From NCBI RefSeq assembly GCF_006345805.1, contig NW_021833753.1:1-64000 (forward strand): a stretch of 64,000 bases of DNA, written 5' to 3'. The translations under genes and the position numbers were made by a program. Position 1 is the stretch's first letter, and each line of letters starts with the position of its first letter. Below the pieces are notes generated by a model. That model saw only the letters and a program-made list of their open reading frames with translations. It was not told the DNA's origin and made no database searches. Positions 26,185 to 38,498 of the stretch are shown one piece after another. The stretch comes from Octopus sinensis (lineage: Eukaryota).

Positions 26185-26713
26185 CTCAGAAAAAAAAAAT
26201 CTGTGGAAAAAAAATACACGCGAAAAAATCCTGTATGGACAGGTCCTTTACGAAATATTTATCCAAGATCGCGAAAGGGATGCTCATAGAGGAATGATGA
26301 GACTGATATAGCAAGGGCTGAGCATCTGGCAGAATAAAGGGAGAGACACAGAAGCAAGAGAAATCAGGAATCGGACACTCGGAGAGATGAGCGTCTGACA
26401 AAGCAGAAGCAACGAGACAAAAGCAGATGTTATGAATCGGATGCTCATGTGAGTACGAATGGAATAAAATAGATTTTGCGCAAATCGGACAACGGGTTAC
26501 CGAGACACACGGTTTTTTTGGGTACCTGTATAAATAGCGAAACCGGTGTAAAATGGGAAAAATGCTTTGAAAGTAAGATACCATGAAAATGTGAATACAC
26601 GCGGAATAACAGAAGTTTCGCGTAAATAGGACCAAGGATTCCCGAGACACATGGTTTGTTCGGGTACCTTGTTGAACACTATTGGTGACGCAAACGGAAA
26701 CGGGTAGTCCAGT
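26185..26713 (+). mobile_element. Probable non-autonomous Helitron remnant with STPR-like repeats
   Basis: From 26296: DETDIARAEHLAE*RERHRSKRNQ-ESDTRRDERLTKQKQRDKSRCY-ESDAH (22-23-aa E[ST]xxxRxx[RH]L period). Internal ~30-bp direct repeats at 26500 and 26642. The 3' end CGGGTAGTCCAGT resembles a decayed Helitron terminus. Confidence 0.5.
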
Positions 26714-26753
26714 AATATATAATATATATTATAATATATATATATATATATAT

Positions 26754-26789
<36 letters not shown>

Positions 26790-27049
26790 GTTATATACAG
26801 CGGAGAAGTTCCTGAATTGCCTTCGCGATAGCGCGTCAAAGTCAGGAACGTTTCAGCACCACACCGTATAAGTTGCGAGGGCAAACACAAAGGAGTACAC
26901 ACACACACACACACACACACATACACACACACACACACACCAACATACACACCAACACACACACATACACACACGCACATGCACACACACTCATACGCCT
27001 AGCTACACATATATACCTATGCACACACACACACACATATGTATGGATG

Positions 27050-27430
27050 GAAGCACTCCGTCGGCAACGACGATGAGGGTTCCGGTTGATCCGAATCAAC
27101 GGAACAGCCTGCTCGTGAAATTAACGTGTAAGTGGCTGAGCACTCCACAGACACGTGCACCCTTAACGTAGTTCTCGGGGATATTCAGCGTGACAAAGAG
27201 AGTGACAAGGCCGGCCCCTGAAATACAGGTACAACAGAAACAGAAGTAAAGTGAGAGAAAGTTGTGGTGAAAGAGTACAGCAGGGATCACCACCATCCCC
27301 TGCCGGAGCCTCGTGGAGCTTTTTAGGTGTTTTCGCTCAATAAACACTCACAACGCCCGGTCTGGGAATCGAAACCGCGATCCTATGACCGCGAGTCCGC
27401 TGCCCTAACCACTGGGCCATTGCGCCTCCA
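27050..27430 (-). mobile_element. Full-length tRNA-derived SINE (family C; probably the octopus OR1/OR2 group)
   Basis: Minus-strand head GGAGGCGCAATGGCCCAGTGGTTAGGGCAGCGGACTCGCGGTC...GGTTTCGATTCCC contains A and B boxes. The family name is from recall and is unverified. Confidence 0.85.
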
Positions 27431-28049
27431 CTACACATATGTATATTATGTATATTATGTATATATGTATGTATGTATGTATGTATATATACGTGTGTGC
27501 GTAAGTGTTTGTGGTAGCATTCGCAACTAATGCATACGAGTTATGGTTTCATTGTGTTCTCGTCAATTAGCTGTTATTCTTTGCTACAGTATCAGTTAAG
27601 AGTTGAAATCCCATCGAGGTAAACCTTGTCTTTCATCTTTTCAGAGTCGATAAAATAATATAATAATCAAGTACAGGGTTCGAATGATATCGATTTATTG
27701 CACAACACCCATCCACCATCTCTAAAAAACTGATGGCTTGGCTCCTAAATTACTAAGAATCTGCGTTTAGCGATCGAGGCCAGTCGATGACGAATTTGCA
27801 TTCCATATATTCGGTTGTCGTAATCGACTAGACACATCTGAATTTCAGTTCTTTTCCCTGATAGAAATCTTAGCATGTCGGACAAAATGCTTAGCGGAAT
27901 TTCGTCGGTGTTTTCGTTCTGAGTTCAAATTCAGCCCAACTCAAATTGTCTTACATTTTTGGGGGAGGATCGCTAAAATAATTACCAGTCGAGAATTTAG
28001 GTCGACGTGACTTAGGTACGTACCGTTCCACAAAATTTCAGATTTTGAG

Positions 28050-28500
28050 TGAGAGAGCAGCGCACATCACAGAAAATGACACAGGGGTACACATACATGA
28101 AGCCCAATAAACCTATCAAGACAACCCGTCTGATAAACATAAACCAGGCACATGCATCACAACCATGCGTGCCTGACATTGTGATCTCATATCAAGATAA
28201 ACAGTGCATCACCTTTTGATGGGTCCTAGCTAGATTTTTCTTCAGGTCAAGTAGACCATCCTGCTCAAAAAATATCTGTTTTTAGAGGTGAATTATTCAA
28301 ACCCCAAAGAATTCCCCTCAACAGATAGCCATGATGATCCCGCATTTCTCCTGCTCGTGATCAGAGACGCGCATATCGTTTGTCATTAAGGATATATTCA
28401 ACTGGTTAAGTTAAAAAAAAAAAAACAACTGAAAGGAAGTCTGCAGTATAGAGCAGAATATTTGCTGTGGCCCATCATTTGCATCCAGACAAAATATGTT
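28050..28500 (-). mobile_element. Degenerate copy of the 5217-5687 repeat
   Basis: Reverse-complement similarity (ATCTCATATCAAGATAAACAG, GAGCAGAATATTTGCTG). Confidence 0.7.
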
Positions 28501-28589
28501 CATGGTGACATTTGCGATTAGAAGCTATGAGATTAGAAGTTAAGATTAGAAGCTAGGAGGGCCACTACCTGATATTGCATCAGGGCGTT

Positions 28590-28945
<356 letters not shown>

Positions 28946-29416
28946 GACTATTATTACTGTGAGCACGAGCATGTATTATCGTTATAACCCTAGTCATATT
29001 ACATCGTCCACATCCTTACATCGTCCACATCAATTACGCCCTTAAATCTCGCTGAGACTGAATCAAGCGTTCCTCCCATGAGTTCCATATATTAAATCAC
29101 TTGTCGAGCATGACTCTGCACGTAATGAAAGCTACTCTGCAAATAAAAAAAATTAAAATTTATTGCAGTTGTCTTTCTGTCAGAAATCACAGAAACCACA
29201 ATTGCCATTTTTATTGGACGATCTTATTCTCATGGCACATTTGTGAGGGTGTAGGGTTTTGTTCCGGTTATTTGCCCTCTAAGCTCAAATGCCGCCAAGA
29301 TCGACATTTTTTCCATCATTCTGTGGTCTATAAAATATAGTAACTGCCAAGCATATACGTGAATTGAATTGGCTGAGCTCTCCCTGTATGTATATAATAT
29401 ATATATTATGTGTGTG

Positions 29417-29447
<31 letters not shown>

Positions 29448-29476
29448 TATATTATATATATATATATATATATATC

Positions 29477-29898
29477 GCATACTTTTTTCTCCTCCTGTTT
29501 TTGATATGACGTTTACATTCCCAAATCTTAAGTCACTTAAAAAAAATCTCGATCGAATAACACCTTTTACAAGAATTTCTGCTTGGAATTACCAACTATA
29601 AATACCATTGGAACTCACATACAAGTTATAGGAAACTTATATATACACCATTCTGCTTAAATAATGCAAATGCAAATACAATATCCTTACGTATATCACG
29701 TCTGTTTCATTCCTCCACTTCACTCTCTATTTCATATCTTCTCTATAATAACTGTTACTTAAACATTTTCTCGCACCGTCTCCGACGAAGGGATGTATAA
29801 AATATCCCAGAAACAGCTGGAAGACCTTTTTATAAATGACAGGAAATCTATTCACTGCCTTGGATTTATTATCTTATTCTGTTAATTTTGTCTATATG
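29477..29898 (+). mobile_element. (TA)n-embedded insert with a degenerate hammerhead motif (Penelope-like pseudo-LTR remnant)
   Basis: 29778-29825 reads GTCT-CCGACGA-A-GGGATGT..ATATCCC-A-GAAAC-AGCT-GGA-AGAC. U16.1 is mutated. Confidence 0.5.
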
Positions 29899-30034
29899 AT
29901 ATATATATATATATATAGATATATATATAATATATATATTATATATATATTATATATATATACACACATATATAGGAGCAAGAGTGGCTGTGTCGTAAGT
30001 AGCTTGCTTCCCATGAGTCAGTGTGTGCATGTGT

Positions 30035-30905
30035 CATTGTGTTGTGCACTGAAGAAGATAGTCGGCAGTGTTTAGCCTGCCAAAGAAGCTGCTGCAAGGT
30101 AAGACTTTTCTCTTGGACCCAGTGAGGGTCGTTTTCTATGCTTATATGTTTTGCAAACAGGGAATCCTCACTGGATTCAGGGTGTTGGTCTACTTGCGGT
30201 TCAGCAACATGGTCCATAGTAAATGACATTTTTTTCTCATTGTTAGAAGTACAGTCTGGTGCACGTATCCTTGAACAAAAAATTGTTCACTTTTTAACAG
30301 TGTATGTTTGTACAACAATAACATTTACCATTATTGGAAAACACTATTTCAAGTGTTCACATGAAGTGAAAACTTTTTCTCATTGTGAGAAATATAGTTT
30401 GGTGACGTTTACTGCCACCAAAAGTCGTTCGCTGTTTGTAAATAGAGTGTATTTTACAACTACGTCGGAAACCTGTATTTCAAGTGGAGCAGTCCAGGTT
30501 CGAATTGGAATACCATAGGGCTTGGAGTACCTCCATGCCCAGAAGATTTTTTTGCTGTGTTTTTTTGAACTGTAGTTTTCGTCTTATAGTGTAACTTTTT
30601 TTATTGAACTGTTTGCTTATTTTTTCTTCTTCCATTTTGTTTTCTTTTGAATTCTCTCTTTCCTTTTTTGTGAACTATTGTTTTCAAGTTTTTATTTTTC
30701 AATTTGAAACATGGTACAAAAATACGGATAAGATTGGGGAGTGGGAGATTGTTCCACCTAAGGAGTGGCTCAGACAGCAAGAGGAGCGGACGGTGGTGTT
30801 GAGAACGTATTCGAATGTTCTCGACACCATTACCGTCTTCCCAAAGCAGATGATTGAGCAGGGTCATCTGCCAACCATTAAGTATATCTCTAGGGAGTCA
30901 AACAT
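30035..30905 (+). mobile_element. Possible 5' end (UTR plus ORF1 start) of a LINE
   Basis: Complex sequence that interrupts a family B SINE head (about 29972-30020). Protein-like frame KIGEWEIVPPKEWLRQQEERTVVLRTYSNVLDTITVFPKQMIE follows an out-of-frame ATG at 30711. Family assignment is inference. Confidence 0.35.
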
Positions 30906-31649
30906 GCAATGGTGTGGTTGCTATTTGATACCCCAGAGGTACATAAATTCGAATTAATTAAAATACGAGTATAATCAGTACACGATATTCTTTCGATAAA
31001 TATTTCGTACCTCGGTGTGGTATAAGTTTTTTCCACAATTTTTTTCGAGTGCATTCAACGTATTTGACCTGCAAACTCGCCGCAAGCCAACTTTTTGTCG
31101 GAATAAAGTGGGAGGGATGGTGTTGATCTAGACGTTTCCCACATAGGGTGTTTTCTTTCGCGGGTCTTTTTCCTTTTCAAGGTTATTTTGCATGCCCTCA
31201 ACGAATGTGAAATCGAAATTACGCATAAACAGCTCCTTTATTCAGAAAATGAAAAATTGGCTGCTATGTCTAGCATGCCCTAGTACCACGTAAGAAGCTA
31301 TTTGCGTTCGCACCGAAATATTTACCAACTATTTTCCTTCCATTTATTTTTCACTTTATGGAAATCAATATTTTCTCTGTTGACATACACCCCAGCGATG
31401 TTACGGATCAAATAGAAATACATCATTCACTGTTCCCTCATGACAGGACAAAGAAATTTCCTACTGTCTTTGCAAGCAATAAGCGGATGGATTTGGCTTC
31501 AAATTCAAGCAGGGCCAAACGAGGTCCTACAAGTTATTTATAATAGTAAGTGGTATTATATCGGGGTTTAAGGAACGACGCGTGCACTATAAAATATGGG
31601 ATGGCAATCTGAAAACAATAGAAACTCTTAAACGTTTATCGGTTTTTCT

Positions 31650-31799
31650 AAAATTTTTGGTTTAACGGAAGCGAAATGTAACAGAAGTTAATTAGTCCGA
31701 TAGTGATTTTCAAAGTTAACTTAAGAGTTAAAACGTTAACGAAAACGTTAACCTCGGTAATGAACGATTAGCGGATCAACGGACTTACGCCCAACACTG
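31650..31799. mobile_element. One end of a hAT-like MITE
   Basis: Ends in CCCAACACTG (reverse complement CAGTGTTGGG) with subterminal GTTAAC repeats. No partner terminal repeat found. Confidence 0.4.
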
Positions 31800-32031
31800 T
31801 ATATATATATATATATATATATATAGGGAGAATTCACAAAAAAAAAACAACAAAAGACGAAGACAGGTGGTGTAGACAACAAACAGATGTGTTAGTATAA
31901 CGTTCGGGATGTGAAAAAGTCTTTTACGTTTCGAGCCTACGCACTTCCACAGAAAGAAACAAGGAGAGAAAATAAAGCATGTGTAGTGGCTAGCGATCTA
32001 TCATGGCGAATATATGTATAATATATATATA

Positions 32032-32089
<58 letters not shown>

Positions 32090-32090
<1 letters not shown>

Positions 32091-32452
32091 CTATATAAAA
32101 TCCGTTCTGTGTGTTGTGTGTGTGTGGCTTTCTTGATCTCGGAAACCTCCATCCGATTGGCGCTCAAATTTGATATGTAGATGCCGACGGTATCAGGGCG
32201 TGAATAAGTCTTGAAAAAATTACAAAAATCGAATCCAGGTGAGAGTGCGATCGATAAAGCCGTGAGAAATCGTTTTTCTTTGGAATAGAAAAAAGTCTTT
32301 ATTTCCTCTCCTGCTGGTGTCTCAAATTTAGGTTAAATCAGTGTTTCTCAAAGGGGAGGCCTATGGGATGATCGGACAAGTTGTTTTGAGAAAATTTGGT
32401 TTAAATGTTTGACAACTCAGCAACGTCCATTGGACGGGGGTGATTTGCTCTT
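32090..32452 (+). mobile_element. Short non-autonomous Helitron-like element
   Basis: Starts TCTATATAAAA followed by a (TG)n tract. 3' hairpin CGTCCA-T-TGGACG lies about 15 nt from the end. The terminal CTAG is imperfect. Confidence 0.45.
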
Positions 32453-32467
32453 ATATATATATATATA

Positions 32468-32797
32468 GGGTAAAGACCCGCTTCAGTCATGTATGACCAT
32501 GGGATTGCAGCAAGAATGTTATCCTCCTAGGCAAAAGTCCGGGTAACGTTGTTTATGGATGACCAGCGGTCGCCCATGCATACCAGCCACCCTTCTGAAC
32601 GCCAATGAGTTCATCCACGGAAAAGGCAAAGACCGATGCAACTTGGCAACTCATTTCTACAACTGAGTGGAACCGGAGCAACGTTAAATAAAGCGTCTTC
32701 CTCAACATCACAACACACACAGCCCGAAACGAATAATCTAACTCACAACCTGGTGATTGTGACCCCGACGCCCTAACCACTGAGCCATGTCGCCTTC
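32468..32797 (-). mobile_element. Family C-related SINE with an alternative 3' tail
   Basis: Minus-strand head GGCGACATGGCTCAGTGGTTAGGGCG. Its tail is shared with 18205-18330. Confidence 0.7.
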
Positions 32798-32799
32798 AC

Positions 32800-33690
32800 G
32801 TATACACACACACACACACGCATACACACTCACATATACACACACACATAATACATACATACATAGTACATACATACATACATACATAATACGTACATAC
32901 ATACATACATACACACATACATACATAATACGTACATACATACATACATACATACATACATAATACGTACATACATACAAACGTACATACATACATACGT
33001 ACGTACATACATACATACGTACATACATACATAATACGTACATACATACATTCATACATACATACATACATACATACATACATACATACATACATACATA
33101 CATACATACATACATACATACGTACGTACATATGTATATGTAAATATAAAGAATTTCCGAAATTGTTGGTTTGGCATGTTAAAGATTATCGCTAAACATA
33201 CTTATACAAATATAAGAAATCAGTTTTCTTTTCGCGAAGGTCGTTGTTCTCTGAGATTGTGCCCCGCAGATATATGTTATAGAAACCCTTGTTCGATTTC
33301 TTATATTCGCCTTCGCTATTGCAAACGATGATATTGTCAGCAACAGTAACAAAACCAATAACTACCACCACCACCACCATCACGATCATCATCACCACCA
33401 CCACCATCAGCATCATCATCATCATCATCGTCACCAGCAGCAGCAGCATCACCACCACCACCACCACCACAACCACCACCAACACCGCCGCCGCCTCCAC
33501 CACCACCACCACCCCCTCCACCATCACCACCACCACAACCACCACCACTACCACCACCACCACCACCACCACCACTACTACCACCACCACCACCGCTACA
33601 ATCACCACCAACCCACTACTGCTGATACCACCATCACCACCACCACCACCACCACCACCACCACCAACACCAGCAACACCAGCACCGCCT
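32800..33690. repeat. (CATA)n and (CAC)n microsatellites
   Basis: Directly visible. Confidence 0.95.
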
Positions 33691-33789
33691 ACGTCGACAC
33701 AAACAATACATTCATATATGCATACACACATAACTCCATACTTACAGATTCATGCATAAACATACAAATATTCCCGCATGCATACATAT

Positions 33790-34046
33790 TTTCTTTTCCT
33801 CTTACCTTTTTCAGTCATGCTGGAGCACCGCCTTTATTTGAACAAATCGACTCTAGATCTTATTCTTTATAAGCCTATTACTTCTTCTATCGGACTATTT
33901 TGTCTGACCACTAAGTTACGGGGACTTAAACACACCAACATCGGTTGTCAAGCGATGGTGGTGGTGACAAACACAGACACACGCAAAGGCTTCTTTCAGT
34001 TTCCGTCTACAAAATTCACTTATAAGGCTTTGGTCGCCCGAGGCTA
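33790..34046 (-). mobile_element. Family B SINE, 5'-truncated
   Basis: Family B body motifs (CTAAGTTACGGGGAC, CATCGGTTGTCAAGCG). Confidence 0.75.
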
Positions 34047-34069
34047 TCATATATATATGTATTATATAT

Positions 34070-34107
<38 letters not shown>

Positions 34108-34850
34108 TATATATTATATTATATATATATATATATATATATACATACATATTATATTACATATATATTTACACGTGGCTTAGCGGTTAAGGTATTCGAT
34201 ACACGTTTGTTAATTCGTGAGTTCGATAACCCGAGGCGGTGCCTTATGTCCTTGAGCAACATATTACGTTTGACATTGCACATGTCCATTCAGCTGGTAA
34301 AAATTTAACTATATTTCTAATGGTCAGTCACCTGTGTCACGCTGAATTTTCCTGTGAACTACGTGAATGGGCCGGGTTTATGTGTGGAGTGTGGAGTGTT
34401 GATCCACTTACATGTTAATTTTACGTAAAAGATGTTTTATTGAATGAATCAAGCGAAACACTCGTCGAGTGGCATTGAAAAGAACACACCTACACGTGTA
34501 CACGTGCCACACTTACACATACGTATAAATATATATATATATATATATACGTGTGTGTGTGTATATATGCGTCTGTGGGTATATGTTTATATACATACAC
34601 AGACACTCACACGCCGACACACATATATATACTGAAGTGAGAAAAAGATGTTTATTTCCATTTGTTGACCGCTGTTTCATAATCTCTGTTAATTACATAA
34701 ACGAAACTATTTCATCCGTTGCACACGTATAGATAAATATGCTTCATATATAGATATTTATAGTGTATTGCTCTCTCACCCTCTCTCTCATACACACACA
34801 GGTCCTCTCTCTCTCATCTCGCCGCTCTTCTCTCTCAATATATTATATAT

Positions 34851-34881
<31 letters not shown>

Positions 34882-35032
34882 ATATAATATATATATATTA
34901 TATATATATGTATATATATATTAATAACTTATTGCGAGGATGATCCGGTTCTGACTGAAGATTAGAGGATTCGAATGACCCGTCCGTGTTTTTTGTATCG
35001 TCTATTTGAATGTTTTGCGTTCTGTTCCCTTT

Positions 35033-35071
<39 letters not shown>

Positions 35072-35073
35072 GA

Positions 35074-36332
35074 CTATCATATATACCCGGCCTTGCCCGG
35101 GATTAAGTTACGATGATTAACTAATCAAGTTCTTTATTTTAAACCAAACCTAAGTAATATCGACGTCAAATTTGGGCAAAATCCGTTGAAATGGTTATAT
35201 TATATATATATACATCATATATATTATATGTATATATTATATAATATATATATATATGGGCAACAGACACGAACACACATGTACGTACCTACACCTATTG
35301 CATGTTTTGTGCATGCATACATGCTCATGAACAGAAATGAATGGAAAAATGTTGTTAAATTTGTAGATTAACACTCGCACGATTTTCACTAAGAAAAATA
35401 ATCGTTTTTTTTTTTTGCGTGGAATCAACTACTCTGGCCTCCAAATATGCTACAAAACCCTTTTGTGGTCCGTGAAACGGAGTGGGTGTGGTGGAAGCCT
35501 CGGAAATTGTACCCATTTATATTGTGCAATTCACTGACAAATTGCTACTCACCGCTTTGTTTCTTTGTTGTTAAATAAATGGATTGTCAATAAAACACTT
35601 TTTTACTCGGGGTAAAATAAGAACAAAACCCTTTCGCACCTAAAGTAATGTGTGTGTGAGAGAGAGAGAGAGAGGGGGGAGAAAATGAACGATATAAAAT
35701 AAATAAATGATTTAAAATAAATATATTGTAATTGTTGTGTCAGAAAATATATATACTAAGATATAAAATATAGTGTCTTTCAAAAACATCCTGGATTTGA
35801 ACACTATATCTCGTGTTTAAGAAAAGACAAAACATTTTACATTTTATATTTATTGAACGTCGTCACTTACTCTCTCTCCCTCTCTCACTTTGTCTTTCCC
35901 GTGAAACTCTCTGCTTCTCTGCCACTTTTCTTTATCTTGTTTTTTTTTGTTAGACGCCGTCAGAAAGCTATGGCTGAAAATAGATTTTTAGGAACGTCGT
36001 CACTTACTCTCTCTCCATCTGTCACTTTGTCTTTCCGGTGAAACTCTCTGACTCTCTCTTCCACTTTTCTTTATCTTGTTTTTTTTTTGTTAGACGCCGT
36101 CAAAAAGCTATAGCTGAAAATAGATTTTCACCGCTAAGAGTTATGGCTGAAAATAGATTTTTACCGCTATCCGCGGGGGCCTCGGGAAAAAAATAAGTTG
36201 ACAAAACCTAGATAGGATGTTGACGAATGTCCCCCTAAAATTTGAGCGACATGCGTGCTAATTCGTGGATGTGCATAAACTACAATCACGTACACACACA
36301 CACATCTTGCCGTATATATATATGCAGATAGA
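35074..36332 (-). mobile_element. Non-autonomous Helitron-like element with an internal ~137-bp tandem duplication
   Basis: On the minus strand it starts TCTATCTGCATATATATATA followed by (TG)n, and ends with the hairpin CCCGGGCAAGGCCGGG then ..ATAGT. Duplicated units start at 35855 and 35992. Confidence 0.6.
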
Positions 36333-36667
36333 TATAAATATATATGTATTCCCAACACATGGTTCTGGGATCAGTACTACTGCGTGACACCTTGGGCAAG
36401 TGTCTTCTGCTATAGACTCGGGCCGACCAAAGACTTGTGAGTATATCTGGTTGACGTAAACCGTAAGAAGCCCGTCTTATATATATACATATATAATTAT
36501 AGCATATTCTGTTAAGAACATAGTAGAATACAGTATAAAGCTCGCTCGTCCACTTTCAAATTTAAACTGTGGTAGTATTATATGTATTTCCAGGTTTGCG
36601 TTTGGGCATCTGTCGTGTGTGAATAGATAATTGAAAAAATTGGAGTCAACAAGAAGGGTACGGTTGT

Positions 36668-37205
36668 GCCGAAAGAGATCAAAGAGGGTGCCGAAAGAGA
36701 TCAAAGAAGAGTCCCGAAAGAGATCAAAGAGGAGTCCCGAAAGAGATCAAAGAGGAGTCCCGAAGCAGATCAAAGAGGAGTCCCGCAAGAGATCAAAGAG
36801 GAGTTCCTAAAGAGATCAAAGAGGGTCCCGAAAGAGATCAAAGAGGAGTCCCGAAAGAGATCAAAGAGGAGTCCCGAAAGAGATCAAAGAGGAGTTCCTA
36901 AAGAGATCAAAGAGGGTGCCGAAAGAGATCAAAGAGGGTCCCGAAAGAGATCAAAGATGGTGCCGAAAGAGATCAAAGAAGAGTCCCGAAAGAGATCAAA
37001 GAGGAGTCCCGAAAGAGATCAAAGAGGGTGCCGAAAGAGATCAAAGAGGAGTCCCGAAAGAGATCAAAGAAGAGTCCCGAAGAGATCAAAGACGGTGCCG
37101 AAAGAGATCAAAGAGGAGTTCTGAAAGATATCAAAGAGGGTGCCGAAAGAGATCAAAGAAGAGTCCCGAAAGAGATCAAAGAGGAGTCACTAAAGAGATC
37201 AAAAA
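36668..37205. repeat. Minisatellite, about 24 units of 22-23 bp (core CCGAAAGAGATCAAAGA)
   Basis: Units counted by eye. Linkers include GGGTG, AGAGTC, GGAGTC and GGAGTT. Confidence 0.95.
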
Positions 37206-37499
37206 TTTTCCGAAAATTTTTCAAAAATTTTGCTGAAAATTATCGAAAAAACTTTTCAAAAATTTTTAGGGAAAATTTTCAAAAAAGTTTTCTAAAATTT
37301 TGGGGAAAAGTTTCAAAAAATTCTTTAAAAATTTTTGGGGATAACTTTCAAAAGATTTTCAAAAAGTTTTTCCAAACTTTTGATGTAAAGTTTCGAAAAA
37401 CTTTTTCAAAAATTTTTGGGGAAAATTCTAATGAAAATTTTCAAAAATTTTGGGAAAAAATTTTCAGAATTTGTGCATTTAGTAGAAAGGATTATTACT

Positions 37500-37818
37500 C
37501 TTTTATTGTCTTTGTTTTGTTTGTTCCTTCTCGAGCCACGCCTGGCTCATAAGGGCCGGTTTCCCGGTTTCCTTGGCGTATAGATTCCCCACCCGGACGG
37601 GACGCCGGTCCGTCACAGCTGAGCTGCAAGATGCATGAGGAAAGAGTGAGAGAAAGTTGTAGCGAAAGAGTCAGCAGAAGTTCGCCATTACATTCTGCCA
37701 GAGCCGCGTGGAGCTTAGGTGTTTCGCTCATAAACACACACATCACCCTGTCTGAGATTCGAACCTGCGATCTTTCGACCGCGAGTCCGCTGCCCTAACC
37801 ACTAGGCCATGTGCCTTT
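37500..37818 (-). mobile_element. Family C SINE with a second type of 3' tail
   Basis: Head nearly identical to 27050-27430. The 3' part differs (GACGGACCGGCGTCCCGTCC...GGCTCGAGAAGGAACAAACAAAAC). Confidence 0.85.
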
Positions 37819-37819
37819 G

Positions 37820-38000
37820 CGCAGCTTCTATCGCTGGAGATGTACCGCGGTGTCAGCTGTTCACTACCAGTGAACTAAGCTAACACCTCTTAGTTTTTGA
37901 GCACCATCCGGAATATTCGAGCGATTCCAAGCAGTGCTGTTTTCTAAAAGTGCTTCTCGTTTTTTGCAGCCCCTATTTGTTTCACGTATTTCTCCAGAAG
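37820..38000 (-). mobile_element. 3' end of an R4/Dong-like LINE
   Basis: Minus-strand LEKYVKQIGA...KTALLGIARIFRMVLKN*, adjacent to (TTA)n. Confidence 0.65.
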
Positions 38001-38012
38001 TTATTATTATTG

Positions 38013-38083
<71 letters not shown>

Positions 38084-38096
38084 CATTATTATATAA

Positions 38097-38290
38097 AGCG
38101 GTGAGCTGGCAGAATCGTTAGTACGCCGGGCGAATTGCTTAACGGCATTTCGTCCGTCTTTACGTTCTGTGTACAAATTACGCCGAGGTCAGCATTGCCA
38201 TCATCATTTCGGGGTCGACAAATTATGTACCGGTTGAGTACTGGGGTTAATGAAATTGCTGCGCTTGCTCCAAAATTTGTAATCCACTTC
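38097..38290 (+). mobile_element. Family A SINE
   Basis: GCGGTGAGCTGGCAGAATCGTTAG head and body. Confidence 0.75.
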
Positions 38291-38445
38291 CTCCTCCTCC
38301 TCCTCCTCCTCCTCCTCCTCCTCATCATCATCATCATCATCATCGCCATCATCATCGCCATCATCATCATCATGATCATCATCATGATCATCATCATCCT
38401 CATCATCATCCTCCTCATCATCATAATAATAATAATAACAATAAC

Positions 38446-38498
<53 letters not shown>

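Noticed and set aside
27350-27430. tRNA genes at SINE heads
   Set aside because: A and B boxes are present but there is no complete cloverleaf, and they continue into SINE bodies.
34920-35035. Hammerhead-like CTGAAGA...GAAT..GTC in a (TA)n insert
   Set aside because: GAAA is broken and stems I and II do not pair convincingly.
36668-37205. CRISPR-like constant repeat with variable linkers, and the PKEIKEE ORFs
   Set aside because: Linkers are only 5-6 nt and recur, there are no cas genes, and the context is eukaryotic. The ORFs are open in all plus frames because the repeat lacks stops.
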